A DNA stretch of 64,000 bases from a virus (IMGVR_UViG_2671180676_000004:2122-66121); one strand, 5' to 3'. Shown: positions 1-11,339, counted from the first letter of the stretch. The notes: generated from the sequence alone by a model not told the origin. Translations and numbers: made by a program.

Positions 1-252
1 ATGGAAAATTTTCAAAGAAAGAGGCTGAAACCAATGGCCTACGTTCTCATTATAGTTTCACTGGCGACGGTAGCCGTTCCAGCCGGCCAGAGCCTTTTGA
101 TGCCGGGTTCATCCATCACCACACCTCCGTCGACGACAATTACCACCACTCCAGTAGAGCGTCCTGTCACTCTGGATGGGATGACGGTGGATGCGATACC
201 TCAAGTTCATCCAGTTACTCAGGATCATGCTGTGACTAAGGCGGTTGTATGA
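1..252 (+). CDS. hypothetical protein with Thr/Pro-rich tail; possibly truncated by window edge
   Basis: ORF begins at window base 1; hydrophobic N-terminal segment followed by TTPPSTTITTTP low-complexity stretch; no family recognised. Confidence 0.2.
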   Translation: MENFQRKRLKPMAYVLIIVSLATVAVPAGQSLLMPGSSITTPPSTTITTTPVERPVTLDGMTVDAIPQVHPVTQDHAVTKAVV

Positions 253-501
253 ACTGGTTTTCAAATCACTTTGGAAAAACTTGGCTGGCGATTCTGGCTT
301 TCATAGCTCTCATGGCCGCCGGTTGGGTATCGAACATTGTAAAACTCGTTTGCTCTGGTGATCTCCAGTTTCAGGCTGGTATGACCTTGGCTCGTGTTGT
401 TGGGATTTTTGTTTTTCCAGTCGGTTCGGTACTTGGTTATTTCTGACGGTTGTTAGTGCATATGCATTGACCGTCTTTTCGTAAGCAATTCATGTAACTA
501 G

Positions 502-516
502 AAAACAACTTGTTTT
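502..516. promoter_or_regulatory. palindromic operator-like site AAAACAA-C-TTGTTTT
   Basis: perfect 7-1-7 inverted repeat 24 bp upstream of ATG 540. Confidence 0.5.
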
Positions 517-539
517 AACAAATAACAAAAGGAAAGCAC

Positions 540-965
540 ATGTTAGGTTTATTCAAAAAGAAAACTCGTAAAGCTGTTATCGAGGTCAAAAAAATGGAGA
601 ACCGAGATGCGGTTGAAGCCACCGTGTGGGGCGCGTACATGATCTCCTATGCCGATGGCACATGCGACGCAAAGGAAATTTCCATTCTTGAGAAAACAAT
701 TGCAGCTCTGCCTGCGTTTTCTCCGTTTGCTGGTGAGATTGCCCAAATGAGCGCCAATATCCGTGCTCAATACGAAGCCTCACCGCGCCGCGCTAATGCC
801 CAGGCTTTACGTGAGCTGGCTGATGTGGCCGGGACTAATGATGCAGTAGATGTACTGTGTCTGTGCCTTGATATTGCCGACCAAGACGGTATTGGCGAAC
901 AAGAAGAGCTGGCCCTGAAAAAGATCGCACAGGCGCTTCAGTTGTCACTGGATGCTTATCTCTAA
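540..965 (+). CDS. TerB-like small acidic protein (tentative)
   Basis: 141-aa ORF; helical acidic protein resembling TerB-domain proteins; preceded by palindrome 502-516 and AGGAAAGCAC immediately before ATG. Confidence 0.35.
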   Translation: MLGLFKKKTRKAVIEVKKMENRDAVEATVWGAYMISYADGTCDAKEISILEKTIAALPAFSPFAGEIAQMSANIRAQYEASPRRANAQALRELADVAGTNDAVDVLCLCLDIADQDGIGEQEELALKKIAQALQLSLDAYL

Positions 966-1123
966 TGCTTGAGAGATTCCGGCTTGTGACCGTCATTGCT
1001 CTTCTGGTGATGGCGGTGTTGGTGGATTTTACGGGAAAGATGATGTCTGTCATTTCTGATGGCGTCCTCATTGGTCTGGCGATCTACTTCGCTTATCCGC
1101 TAGTCCGTAAAGCAACGTGTTAA
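965..1123 (+). CDS. small membrane protein (52 aa)
   Basis: ATG overlaps previous stop (TAATG); one hydrophobic helix (VTVIALLVMAVLV); followed by hairpin at 1128-1145; below the ORF-track length cutoff. Confidence 0.25.
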   Translation: MLERFRLVTVIALLVMAVLVDFTGKMMSVISDGVLIGLAIYFAYPLVRKATC

Positions 1124-1230
1124 TGACAAGGGCCAAATGGCCCTTGTGTTTCGTTGACCGAAATAGAGAGTTTGCACCTTTACGTTTAGCTTGCTCCCCT
1201 TTTATGCCACATCACAATAAAGCCAATAAG

Positions 1231-1245
1231 AAAACAACTTGTTTA
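1231..1245. promoter_or_regulatory. palindromic operator-like site
   Basis: AAAACAA-C-TTGTTTA 18 bp upstream of ATG 1263. Confidence 0.5.
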
Positions 1246-1262
1246 AGCATTAGGAAAAACAC

Positions 1263-1832
1263 ATGTGCAAGAAATGCAAAGCGATAGCTGATGAACAAAA
1301 CGCCTTATTCGAAGAAATGGATGCTAATGAACTGGTCAAAATGTTAGCCATTCTTCGAGGAATAGAAGACGTTTCCATATTTGAGAGAGTGGTTACAGCA
1401 CTTAATTTTGAGTCCACCTTTGAAGAGCCAACTCAGGTTGTAGCTTTAGCACATCATTTCGGTGTTCATTATCTTGCTGAAAAAGAGCGCGCTGATAAGT
1501 TGCAGGCGACTTTGGATATGGTGAGCGAGACTCAACGAACTGATGACACTAACAAGAGTGAGGCGATTATTGCCAGCAAAGATCGTGAAATTGCTGGGCT
1601 TAAATCCTCTCTAACGATGTTGATGTCTGCGTTCAATCTTATATCTTCTCAGGCGGGTTATAAAATGCCATCACTAAACAGCGATGATCCGATGGCCGTT
1701 CGTCAGCTTTTGGGAGCAATGGCCGACCAACTCGACGACACAAAGAGTCGGCTTGAAGACATGATGCGTGAGTTAAGCCATCGACATAACCTCGCAACAC
1801 AGCCACACAAAGCCTTTCAAAGCTCTAATTGA
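1263..1832 (+). CDS. hypothetical protein
   Basis: 189-aa ORF; palindrome 1231-1245 and AGGAAAAACAC before ATG, the same upstream module as at 540 and 62395. Confidence 0.4.
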   Translation: MCKKCKAIADEQNALFEEMDANELVKMLAILRGIEDVSIFERVVTALNFESTFEEPTQVVALAHHFGVHYLAEKERADKLQATLDMVSETQRTDDTNKSEAIIASKDREIAGLKSSLTMLMSAFNLISSQAGYKMPSLNSDDPMAVRQLLGAMADQLDDTKSRLEDMMRELSHRHNLATQPHKAFQSSN

Positions 1833-1887
1833 TCTGATATGGCCGCATGATCGGCCATATTGTGTTGATAAAAAACAAGGATGAAAA

Positions 1888-2169
1888 ATGGCATACGGTA
1901 CAGGGATTTACAACAATAAAGGAATTAACGTTACTGGCTTCCTTACTCCTATTTTTTTTCTTGATCGATTTACTGCGTCATCAGGCTCTAAGACGTACTC
2001 CAATCCGCCACCGGGTAAATCGCTACATGCCGTGTGGTCATTGATGCCTCTTAACAACGACAACTACATTAATTTACCTGTTCCAACAGTTACTATTAAT
2101 GGAAATACGGTTAGTTGGTCAAATTTATATACGGGGCTTGGTTCTTACATATACACATACTGGGGATAA
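1888..2169 (+). CDS. hypothetical protein (low-GC cassette)
   Basis: 93-aa ORF in visibly AT-rich segment; Gly/Asn/Thr-rich, beta-type composition. Confidence 0.3.
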   Translation: MAYGTGIYNNKGINVTGFLTPIFFLDRFTASSGSKTYSNPPPGKSLHAVWSLMPLNNDNYINLPVPTVTINGNTVSWSNLYTGLGSYIYTYWG

Positions 2170-2171
2170 TT

Positions 2172-2786
2172 ATGTTCGGGATGTCAATTACTCAATCAGA
2201 TGGAAGTTTGTGGATGAGTCCAGAATTTACTCCGCAAAATCTGATTAATAAAGGGACAATGTCTACATCTAAAGGTTCTGTTTTTCAAACATCAATCCCA
2301 TCAAACAAATCATGCTTTTTCTTCATAAAAAGCAGTAATAAGGCGAACATGATGTTTATTCATGAGCATAGTAACGGATACAATGCTCTCAGATTGCATC
2401 AGGTAAATGGTAGCCCCGGAACAATAACAGTTTATGCTTTTTCTGATATGGTGTTACCACATTCTGGCTATGGCATTGCCATGTATAACAGCGCAGGCGC
2501 AATGGTGTATCACGGTGAGATGATGCCCCTTGATGCGAAACTTATCACTATTTCTGACCCTCAATTTACAATAGATATGGGGTATCCATGTGCGGTAATG
2601 CCTGCTATGGTTGGGGTATATAACTATAGACGAACCGATTACGACAGACCTGTCTATGTAACAATGACAGGTGCAACTGAAAACCAAGTATATAACGGTC
2701 AATGGTATTCCGGTAATGTCACATGGGATATTAAGAAGATTTATACAAACAAAATTCTGGTGATAAATACCTCCAAGTATGATTAG
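2172..2786 (+). CDS. hypothetical protein (low-GC cassette)
   Basis: ATG at 2172 two bases after preceding stop; 204 aa; Asn/Gly/Tyr-rich; followed by 14-bp-stem hairpin at 2856-2893. Confidence 0.35.
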   Translation: MFGMSITQSDGSLWMSPEFTPQNLINKGTMSTSKGSVFQTSIPSNKSCFFFIKSSNKANMMFIHEHSNGYNALRLHQVNGSPGTITVYAFSDMVLPHSGYGIAMYNSAGAMVYHGEMMPLDAKLITISDPQFTIDMGYPCAVMPAMVGVYNYRRTDYDRPVYVTMTGATENQVYNGQWYSGNVTWDIKKIYTNKILVINTSKYD

Positions 2787-2889
2787 CCAATGCCTTTATT
2801 TGAAGGATTGCCTGTTTATTTCTATTTAGTACCTTTTCATTTTTGAAATAATTGCACCATTAAACAAATCACTTCTTAATGGTGCAATT

Positions 2890-3366
2890 ATGAATACAGC
2901 CCTTTCCATCATCGACGATGCCAACTCAAACACTGCTATCGACTATCGGCAGGAAATGAACGTCATCCACGAAATTGTGGCCGAGTGCGAGAAAGAGATC
3001 GCCTTCATGTATCAGGTACACGACTTCGTTTATGGCGACGAACGCCACAACATGATTAATCGCCTGCTGAGACTAAACCATCGACCAGATGAAGATCGCT
3101 CGCGTTTAAATCGAGGTTGGTTGGATAAAGTCGATCTGGAATGGGTGAAACAGAATATTTGGGCCGAGTACTGGAGGAAGGTCACGGACATGACTAACGT
3201 TTTGCTGATCATGCCAGCTTCCCGTCGTGACGAGTGGTATGAGCAATTTATCGAGGGCAAGCAGGAAGTCATCAAAACTGACAGAACCGGCTATCAGATG
3301 AAGGTTAAAGAGTTCGTTGGTGTACCTGAGTTCAAAGTGGATACAGACATCCCTACGATGGCTTGA
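2890..3366 (+). CDS. hypothetical protein
   Basis: 158-aa ORF; convergent with hsdR, only about 58 bp between the stops. Confidence 0.4.
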   Translation: MNTALSIIDDANSNTAIDYRQEMNVIHEIVAECEKEIAFMYQVHDFVYGDERHNMINRLLRLNHRPDEDRSRLNRGWLDKVDLEWVKQNIWAEYWRKVTDMTNVLLIMPASRRDEWYEQFIEGKQEVIKTDRTGYQMKVKEFVGVPEFKVDTDIPTMA

Positions 3367-3424
3367 TCTGACAGCTATCTGCAAATTGCACAGATATCTG
3401 CCAGATCTGGTTCAGATTAATACA

Positions 3425-6400
3425 CTATATCTGCCCACCTACTCCTTTGAACTTTTCAATAAACGTGACGATTTTCTGGAAAACCGTCTGTTTTTTCGTT
3501 TTATATTGCGGGTTTAACGGACTAAGTTTTGGTAATGTCTCGTTTAATTCTGTGCCATTTTCGGTGGCGTATTCGCGTTTTAAAGACGTGCGAATATAGC
3601 GTTTCGCCGCCTCTTCATTGAGATTTTCTTCTTTAATCAACGCTTCTGCTTCACGTAGCTGTTCGTGTTGAGCAAAGGTAAAGAACGCGTCAATGATGCT
3701 GGCTTTGTCTGGTAAATCATCCAGGTTCGTTTGCTGAATAAAATCGACCACCAGGCCCTCTTTAGCACGGTTCCCTAGGCTTGAACGAATTAAGCGTTTG
3801 ACCTCTTCGATCATTTCGCCCTTGCCTTTATTTTGTCTGTTGTGTTCGAAAATCAGTCCAAGGATATAATCCAGGTTTATTTCCTGAGACTTCAGCAAAT
3901 CGACCTCAAAAACTACGTCATCCCAGTCAGTGGTTGATTTCTCTTTTTTCTCAGCTTCTTTCTCACGGCGCTGCCAGTCGCGAATATCGTTATAGGCAGA
4001 ACGATAATCCTGAATCTTGCGATCAGCAGGGAGACGAATTGTTTGCAATTCAGCGAACTTTTCATCATCCACATAATGTTCTGCTTTGAATTTTTCTACC
4101 GCAACAGGATCGCTAAGATCGATTTGTTGCAGGGCTTTTAGCGTGGCAAATTCATCATAGTTTTGCAGGATGTTCTCGGCACGCAGGTATTCGCCAAACA
4201 GTTTAACGAAGTCTTTCTTCTCTTTTTCACTTTCAATACTGGCAGGGTCAGGGAACCGTTGTTCCAGTTCTGAAACTACTGCCATAAAGCCGCGTTTAGC
4301 TTCACCTGTAGCAGCATCAGTAAAGCCTTCCATATACTCTGCATAACTCTTTTCTAACACTACATTTTTGGTGTTTTTGTCACCAAACAGCGTTATGGCA
4401 TCGATGGTTGAGCGTTCCAGATCGCGGAAAGTGACGATATTACCGAAGGTTTTAGTCGCGTCATAAATGCGGTTGGTACGGGAAAATGCCTGCATCAGGC
4501 CGTGAAAACGCAAGTTTTTATCGACGAATAGCGTGTTTAATGTTGGAGCATCGAAGCCGGTTAAAAACATCCCCACGACGATTAACAAGTCAACATCCTG
4601 ATTTTTAACCCGCTGAGCCAGGTCCCGATAGTAGTTCTGAAAACCCTTGCTATCAGTGCTGAAATTCATTTGAAAATGGTCGTTATACTCACGAATTGCA
4701 GCGTCCAGAAACTCTTTAGCACTGCTGTCCATTGCACTGGTATCAAAAGATTCATCGGATATTTCACCAATGGCATTTTGTTCTTCATTAGCGGCAAAGG
4801 AGAAGATTGTCGCAACACGCAGTGGTTTATAGGTAGCAGATTTATTAGCTGCTTCCTCTTGTAACCGTTTAAACGTCGCGTAATAGGCTTTCGCGGCATC
4901 CACGCTGCTCACTGCCAACATAGCATTAAAACCTTTTGAGCCAGGGAAGGTACGGTGGGTTTTCTGGCGGAAATTATTCAGAATATATTGCGTGATTTCC
5001 TGAATACGCATGGGATGAAGAAACGCCTGCTGATTTTCAGCCGCACTCAGTTTTTTCTCGTCAGTTTCTGTCTCTAAAGACTTAAACTGTGGCCGCACAT
5101 CGTTGTAGTCCACCTTGAATTTGAGCACTTTTTCGTCACGAATCGCATCGGTAATTACATACGAATGCAATTCACGACCAAATACGCTGGCGGTTGTTTC
5201 TGAGCCTAAGGCGTTTTCCGGGAAAATAGGGGTGCCGGTAAAACCAAACTGATAATAACGTTTGAATTTCTTCTTCAGGTTTTTCTGCGCTTCTCCAAAC
5301 TGGCTGCGGTGGCATTCATCAAATATAAACACCACTTGCTGATTATATACAGGCAGGTCGCTTTCTGCTTTCATCAGGTTATTGAGTTTCTGAATAGTAG
5401 TGACGATAATTTTGTTATCGTCCTTATCCAGATTTCGTTTAAGGCCTGCGGTATTTTCCGAGCCGTTGACGCTGTCTGGCGAAAAACGCTGATATTCCTT
5501 CATGGTCTGGTAATCGAGGTCTTTCCTGTCGACCACAAAGAAGACTTTATCAATAAAGTCCAGCTCTGTTGCCAGACGCGCGGCTTTAAAGCTGGTGAGG
5601 GTTTTACCAGAACCGGTAGTGTGCCAGATATACCCACCGCTTTCCGGTTTTGACCAGTTCTTCGCTGTAAAGGAACTCTTAATTTTCCACAGAATGCGCT
5701 CGGTGGCGGCAATCTGGTACGGTCGCATCACCAGTAGCGTCTGACTACTGTCAAAAACGCTGTAGTTCACCAGAACATTCAGCAGAGTATGTTTCTGGAA
5801 AAAGGTAGCGGTAAAGTCTTTGAGGTCTTTAATCAGCGTGTTGTCTGATTTCGCCCAATTCATGGTGAAGTCAAAACTGTTTTTATCGCGCTTTGTGGTG
5901 TTGGCAAAATAACGGGTATCAGTGCCGTTGGAAATGACGAACAGCTGCAGATACTTAAACAGGGAATTTTCGCTGTTAAAACTCTCTTTACTGTAACGAT
6001 GTATCTGGTTGAAAGCCTCACGAATCGCCACCCCGCGTTTTTTTAGTTCGATTTGCACCAGCGGTAAACCATTAACCAGGATCGTGACGTCATAACGGTT
6101 AGCATGAGAACCCGTCTGTTCAAACTGCTGGATAATCTGCACCTTATTGCGCATGAGATTCTTTTTATCTATCAAATAGATGTTCTCAAGTCGCCCGTCG
6201 TCAAAAATAAAGTCGCAGATATAGTCGATATGGATTTTACGGGTTTTATCCAGAATACCATCGCTGGGGTTGTCCAGATACTGCTCCGTGAAGCGCCGCC
6301 ACTCGCTGTCATTAAACATCACACCATTGAGGCTCTGAAGCTGTTCCCGAACATTGGACAGCATTGCCGACTGTGATTTTACGGAAATAAATTCATAACC

Positions 6401-6541
6401 CTGATTCCGCAGGTCCTGAATCAGTTCACGTTCCAGGTCCGATTCGCTCTGGTAGCTGTCGCTTGTTTGCTCAGCTTTGATGTACTTATCAAGGACGATA
6501 AAGTTATTGGATTCAGCAATGGTGTGTGTTTGATGAGTCAT
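3425..6541 (-). CDS. hsdR: type I restriction enzyme R subunit (type IC, EcoR124I-like)
   Basis: 1038-aa ORF; SF2 helicase motifs (TGSGKT Walker A, DECH box); last gene of minus-strand M-S-R order; length typical of type IC HsdR. Confidence 0.9.
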   Translation of the reverse strand: MTHQTHTIAESNNFIVLDKYIKAEQTSDSYQSESDLERELIQDLRNQGYEFISVKSQSAMLSNVREQLQSLNGVMFNDSEWRRFTEQYLDNPSDGILDKTRKIHIDYICDFIFDDGRLENIYLIDKKNLMRNKVQIIQQFEQTGSHANRYDVTILVNGLPLVQIELKKRGVAIREAFNQIHRYSKESFNSENSLFKYLQLFVISNGTDTRYFANTTKRDKNSFDFTMNWAKSDNTLIKDLKDFTATFFQKHTLLNVLVNYSVFDSSQTLLVMRPYQIAATERILWKIKSSFTAKNWSKPESGGYIWHTTGSGKTLTSFKAARLATELDFIDKVFFVVDRKDLDYQTMKEYQRFSPDSVNGSENTAGLKRNLDKDDNKIIVTTIQKLNNLMKAESDLPVYNQQVVFIFDECHRSQFGEAQKNLKKKFKRYYQFGFTGTPIFPENALGSETTASVFGRELHSYVITDAIRDEKVLKFKVDYNDVRPQFKSLETETDEKKLSAAENQQAFLHPMRIQEITQYILNNFRQKTHRTFPGSKGFNAMLAVSSVDAAKAYYATFKRLQEEAANKSATYKPLRVATIFSFAANEEQNAIGEISDESFDTSAMDSSAKEFLDAAIREYNDHFQMNFSTDSKGFQNYYRDLAQRVKNQDVDLLIVVGMFLTGFDAPTLNTLFVDKNLRFHGLMQAFSRTNRIYDATKTFGNIVTFRDLERSTIDAITLFGDKNTKNVVLEKSYAEYMEGFTDAATGEAKRGFMAVVSELEQRFPDPASIESEKEKKDFVKLFGEYLRAENILQNYDEFATLKALQQIDLSDPVAVEKFKAEHYVDDEKFAELQTIRLPADRKIQDYRSAYNDIRDWQRREKEAEKKEKSTTDWDDVVFEVDLLKSQEINLDYILGLIFEHNRQNKGKGEMIEEVKRLIRSSLGNRAKEGLVVDFIQQTNLDDLPDKASIIDAFFTFAQHEQLREAEALIKEENLNEEAAKRYIRTSLKREYATENGTELNETLPKLSPLNPQYKTKKQTVFQKIVTFIEKFKGVGGQI

Positions 6542-6663
6542 AGCGCATCCTTTGTGCCGCCTGGCAAGAGCCGGAAGGGCGTTAAGAGTGACTTCCGGCG
6601 CGTAAAAAAATAGTCTATATACTGACCGGGTGTTAAGGTGGCCCGATCGGTAGCAATGGTCAA

Positions 6664-7902
6664 TTAATTACTGACAGTTTCAGGTTTCGGGAAACTGAAC
6701 AGTAAATCACGGTAGTATTCGTATTGTTTCTGGCGCAACTCGATTTCACGCGGGAGACCTTCGGTGATGGAGTTGGTCAGGGTGTCGAATTTATCGAGCA
6801 GAGCAGATATTCGCTCTTGTTTCTGTTTATCAGGCAATGGCACTGGTAATGTTTTTATAATATCTGCATTCAAGTTACTGACCGACCCGCTATTGATTTT
6901 ACTTTCCCAATAATTTTTCACCTTTTTTGATGAAAGATAGTGATACAGATAATCAGCATTTAATTTTTCACCAAAATTGCTGATTGATGCCCATCCATCA
7001 TGGATAGCTCCGGTTATCCTTAAAATATATGGTCTGCCAAAGCTCATAGAGTTAGAAATGACGAAATCACCGGGGTTCAAGATTCGCGATTTTTGGGCAC
7101 CCTCTGCAGTTATTTTTTGTAAGGTTTTGTCAATGTATTTAGAGCCGGGGATAGTATCTCCGATTTTAATCCATGGGATACCATTTCCTTGTTCAGTAAG
7201 ATAATTAACAATTGGCCTGGGGGATGCCCCACGTTGTATTTTGGCTACTTCTCCCAATGCCTTCCACTCAACCTCACCCTCTTTAAAACTCAGCAACTGG
7301 TCGCGATAGTAGTTGTACTGTTTTTTACGCATGTTAAGCTCAGCGGTAAGCTCAGCGGTAAGTGCAGTAAACTTATCCAGAATCCGAACAATTTCAGACT
7401 GGATGGCAAGGGATTTTCCCGGGGCGCTGGGACAAGGGATGGGTATTTGATAGTTTAAAATTGCATCTTTACTGCCTCGAGGCATCTTTGCCCCTTTAGC
7501 GTGCTGCATACTGTAAGAAAAAAATGAATCCGACGATAATGCATAGTAGAGATATTCTGGACTAATAATTTTTTTACAGTCTGCTAAAATGCGTATAGCA
7601 AGGACATCACCACTGCACCCGCCATTATTCTCCGCCATCCAAACTTTCTTTAAATATGGGCGAATATTACCTAAAAGAATATCACCTGGCTCATAGGCAG
7701 TTAAACGTGCCGTATTAGGCTGATAGGTGGCGTCAATGCGACCGCCTTTATCAGCAAGGAGATTATCAACGCCAACGAATGAAGTGGCATCAAGTTTATC
7801 AGCATCAACTTTGGTTGTTGAATACCCGGCGATATCGCCCACTGCTTTCCACTCAACCTCAACCCCATCCAGCAATTTTTCCAGATAACTCAACTCGCTC
7901 AT
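6664..7902 (-). CDS. hsdS: type I restriction-modification specificity subunit (type IC)
   Basis: 412 aa; two target-recognition domains separated by conserved central region containing TAELTAEL and followed by conserved C-terminal region ending [13 protein letters not shown]; start overlaps hsdM stop. Confidence 0.85.
   Translation of the reverse strand: MSELSYLEKLLDGVEVEWKAVGDIAGYSTTKVDADKLDATSFVGVDNLLADKGGRIDATYQPNTARLTAYEPGDILLGNIRPYLKKVWMAENNGGCSGDVLAIRILADCKKIISPEYLYYALSSDSFFSYSMQHAKGAKMPRGSKDAILNYQIPIPCPSAPGKSLAIQSEIVRILDKFTALTAELTAELNMRKKQYNYYRDQLLSFKEGEVEWKALGEVAKIQRGASPRPIVNYLTEQGNGIPWIKIGDTIPGSKYIDKTLQKITAEGAQKSRILNPGDFVISNSMSFGRPYILRITGAIHDGWASISNFGEKLNADYLYHYLSSKKVKNYWESKINSGSVSNLNADIIKTLPVPLPDKQKQERISALLDKFDTLTNSITEGLPREIELRQKQYEYYRDLLFSFPKPETVSN
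7337..7360. repeat. 12-bp tandem duplication (2 copies) encoding TAEL-TAEL in hsdS central region
   Basis: AGCTCAGCGGTA repeated at 7337-7348 and 7349-7360. Confidence 0.85.
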
Positions 7903-9461
7903 TTCTGCACCTCGCAGCCTTCAATTTCAGCCACAATCGCATCAATATCTTTACGCAACTGGTCGATTTTGCTGACCGTGGTTTTCAGCTCTGCATTCAA
8001 CTCAGCGATATCGATAATTTCGCGAGTATCTTTCACTTCAACATAGCTGCTCACCGACAGGTTATAGTCATTAGCAACAACAGTCTCAAACGCAACAGAT
8101 TTCGCCAGATGAGCAACATCTTCCTTGCTGGCAAATACCTGCATAATTTTTTCTATATGGGCATCGGTCAGAATGTTGTTGTTAGTCTCTTTTTTGAACA
8201 GTTCGCTGGCATCAATAAACTGAACTTTGGTATCCGTTTTATGTTTAGACAGCACCAGAATATTGACGGCAATGGTGGTGCCAAAGAACAGGTTCGGTGC
8301 CAGTGAAATCACGGTTTCGACATAGTTATTGTCAACCAGATACTGACGGATTTTCTGCTCCGCGCCGCCACGGTAAAAAATGCCCGGGAAGCAGACAATC
8401 GCAGCACGACCTTTGGCAGAAAGATAGTTCAGCGCATGTAATACAAACGCAAAGTCAGCTTTGGATTTGGGGGCCAGAACGCCAGCCGGGGCAAAACGTT
8501 CATCGTTAATCAGCGTCGGGTCATCGCTGCCAATCCATTTCACCGAATACGGCGGGTTAGAAACGATGGCATCAAACGGTTTTTCATCTCTGAAGTGCGG
8601 CTCAGTCAGCGTATTGCCCAGCTTGATATCAAACTTGTCGTAGTTGATGTTGTGCAAAAACATGTTCATACGCGCCAGGTTATAGGTCGTATGGTTGATC
8701 TCCTGACCGAAAAAGCCTTCTTCGATGATGTGGTCATCGAACTGCTTTTTCGCCTGCAACAACAGCGAACCGGAACCTGCTGCCGGGTCGTAGATTTTGT
8801 TAACGTGGGTCTGGCCGTGCATTGCCAATTGTGCAATCAGCTTAGAGACGTGCTGCGGTGTAAAGAACTCGCCGCCTGACTTACCAGCATTCGCGGCATA
8901 GTTAGAAATCAGGAACTCATAGGCATCGCCGAACAGGTCAATCTGATGTTCGTTGAAGTCACCAAGTTTTAACCCTTCAACCCCTTTCAGAACCGCAGCC
9001 AGGCGGGCATTTTTATCTTTAACGGTGTTACCCAGGCGGTTACTGGTGGTATCGAAATCAGCAAACAAACCTTTGATGTCAGCTTCTGAAGGATAACCGT
9101 AAGCAGAACTTTCGATAGCAACGAAGATGCTGTTTAAATCTGCGTTCAGTCTGTCATTGGTATTTGCTTTCGCCGCTACGTTGCAGAAAAGCTGACTGGG
9201 GTAGATGAAGTAGCCTTTAGTTTTGATGGCATCGTCTTTAATGTCATCAGTAATTACGCTGTCATCCAGTTTCGCATAACAGATACTGTCATCACCGGCT
9301 TCAATATAGCTGGAAAAATTTTCGCTGATAAAACGGTAGAAAAGTGCGCCCAGAACGTATTGCTTAAAATCCCATCCATCGACCGAACCCCTGACATCGT
9401 TAGCAATTTGCCAGATTTGACGATGAAGCTCTGCACGTTGTTGAATACTTGTCATTTTCAT
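7899..9461 (-). CDS. hsdM: type I restriction-modification DNA methyltransferase subunit
   Basis: 520 aa; N6-adenine methyltransferase motifs (NPPY at the catalytic site, AdoMet-binding DPAAGSGS); first gene of operon. Confidence 0.9.
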   Translation of the reverse strand: MKMTSIQQRAELHRQIWQIANDVRGSVDGWDFKQYVLGALFYRFISENFSSYIEAGDDSICYAKLDDSVITDDIKDDAIKTKGYFIYPSQLFCNVAAKANTNDRLNADLNSIFVAIESSAYGYPSEADIKGLFADFDTTSNRLGNTVKDKNARLAAVLKGVEGLKLGDFNEHQIDLFGDAYEFLISNYAANAGKSGGEFFTPQHVSKLIAQLAMHGQTHVNKIYDPAAGSGSLLLQAKKQFDDHIIEEGFFGQEINHTTYNLARMNMFLHNINYDKFDIKLGNTLTEPHFRDEKPFDAIVSNPPYSVKWIGSDDPTLINDERFAPAGVLAPKSKADFAFVLHALNYLSAKGRAAIVCFPGIFYRGGAEQKIRQYLVDNNYVETVISLAPNLFFGTTIAVNILVLSKHKTDTKVQFIDASELFKKETNNNILTDAHIEKIMQVFASKEDVAHLAKSVAFETVVANDYNLSVSSYVEVKDTREIIDIAELNAELKTTVSKIDQLRKDIDAIVAEIEGCEVQK

Positions 9462-10587
9462 CCACTTATTTCAGGCTTATGTAATTGGCGGTGATTCTAC
9501 AGCAACTTGGATGCTTTAGCAGTTCGGACATTAGGCAACGAATGACCTAATTAGAGCTTTTTGGAAAAGCGGTATTGTCGGTGCGATGATAGCTATGTTT
9601 GGGTGCGCGATGGTGCAATACAATGACGGTGAAAAGGTAAGCATCCAGTCTGATGGCTGGTATGGGCTGGATAGCCTGCAAAAAACCGCAGATAAAGCCT
9701 GTCAGCAATATGGAAAGTCTAAAGCCGTATATCAGCATAGCGCGAACGCTAATCCACATCTCGCGCCCGGCACGGGCGTTCAGAACACTATTTGGAAATG
9801 CGAACCATAACGCAGGTTGGCTTTTTACATCTTGGGCCGAATACTGATTCCGCGCTAAGTTGTTTGTGCGGAAGTGACACTGTGGAGCTTAGAAATAGTA
9901 AATACTGGTGGGCAACAAATTGAGCCTTCACACGCTCACCAGCACACACAAAAAATGGTTAAACAGCAAGGGAATTAATATCTCATCGCGACATTAAATA
10001 AGCCAGCGCACGCCTCTGTTTATCACTGACTTGAAAAACCATATCAGAACCACGATGAAGACAATCGCCAGCACTTGGCTAAGAACAGGCGCATTTAAAA
10101 ATGCACTTAGAAACTGAAAAAATACAATCATCAGGGTAATCCTCGTCTAATGTAAAGCTGTGTGCTCTCACGTTGACGTAGAAACCCAACCTCTATATAG
10201 TTGGATTCGGTGAAAGAAAGTCGTTAACGTGAACTTACGGCACATGTTTTCGGTATAAAAATCAGGGAACTGTGAATTCCTTGATGTAGTTGGGGCCTGT
10301 AATGCAGGCCCTATCTATTAATGTCATGATTACATCTCAAATTTTCTCCTTATCATTATTATTTAATAAAATTCAATTAATATAATATCCATTTCCTGTG
10401 TGTGCAAACACAGTATGAGGAAAATGGCCCCGTTGCAAGTGCATAACTTTGTGGATAACTCTGAAGGCGAATTTACATTTCGGCGCACCGCAAGCCAGAT
10501 AAGCTGTGCGCAAAAAGCAATGGGGTGAGAAAAAAACTTTGAAGATATTGCGGCGACTAAATAATAGCCGTTATTCAATTATTCTGG

Positions 10588-10851
10588 ATGGGATTTAATA
10601 TGAACGAATGGAACATAGCAGCCAAAAGCCAGGAAGAAAGGAATAAAGTTAACGTTGACCTGGCTGCCAGGGGGGTTGCCTACAAAGAGCGATTGAACAT
10701 ACCCGTCATAGCGGAACAGGTAGCCCGTGAGCAACCTGAGAACCTGCGCACCTATTTCATGGAACGGCTACGGCACTACCGGCAGTTAAGCCTCCTGCTG
10801 CCAAAAGGAAACGATCCGGTATATCAGAAAGAAGATATAGCCAAAAAATAA
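10588..10851 (+). CDS. hypothetical small protein
   Basis: 87-aa ORF (alternative ATG at 10600) directly upstream of UmuD'-like gene; no family recognised. Confidence 0.3.
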   Translation: MGFNMNEWNIAAKSQEERNKVNVDLAARGVAYKERLNIPVIAEQVAREQPENLRTYFMERLRHYRQLSLLLPKGNDPVYQKEDIAKK

Positions 10852-10949
10852 CGCGCCACCAGGCGAGCGCAAAGCATCGCGCTATTGCACACTTCAAGCA
10901 TCTTTAATGTATACTGTATGGATAAACAGTACTCTGAGGTGAAAACGCT

Positions 10950-11339
10950 ATGGGCTTCCCTTCTCCTGCGGCGGATTATGCTGAGAGTCGTATTTCTCTT
11001 GATCAGCAGATAATTAGACATCCTTCAGCGACCTACTTCTTGAGGGCAGCTGATAGTCATCATCGTGAGGGAATATTACAGGGTGCATTGCTGGTGGTCG
11101 ATTCCTCACTTACCCCGGTTGATGGTTCTCTGCTTGTATGCGCTCTGGATGGGGAATATCGCGTAAAAAGATACCGGAAGTATCCACGTCAGCATCTGGA
11201 GGATTTGAGAACCGGTAAGAAGGAAGCATTGCCAAAGGATGACGATGGATGCACGGGCAGCAATGCCGTGTTTGGTGTGATCACTCACATTATCAACGAC
11301 GCAAGAAGTGGCGAGTTTGATGATTGTCCCGTGATGTAG
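10950..11339 (+). CDS. UmuD'-like S24-family peptidase, naturally lacking the N-terminal cleavable segment
   Basis: 129 aa beginning M-GFPSPAADY, the sequence that follows the Cys24-Gly25 self-cleavage site in E. coli UmuD; candidate Ser (ADSH) and Lys (RVKRY) dyad positions retained; no umuC partner adjacent. Confidence 0.6.
   Translation: MGFPSPAADYAESRISLDQQIIRHPSATYFLRAADSHHREGILQGALLVVDSSLTPVDGSLLVCALDGEYRVKRYRKYPRQHLEDLRTGKKEALPKDDDGCTGSNAVFGVITHIINDARSGEFDDCPVM

Noticed and set aside
9586-9810. 74-aa plus-strand ORF in the hsdM upstream region
   Set aside because: No ribosome-binding site or recognisable family; overlaps an antisense ORF of similar size; could be a real small protein but the evidence is too weak to annotate.
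10440-10452. DnaA-box-like sequence TGTGGATAA in the AT-rich region upstream of hsdM
   Set aside because: Single isolated match with no clustered boxes or adjacent AT-rich 13-mers; insufficient to call an origin.
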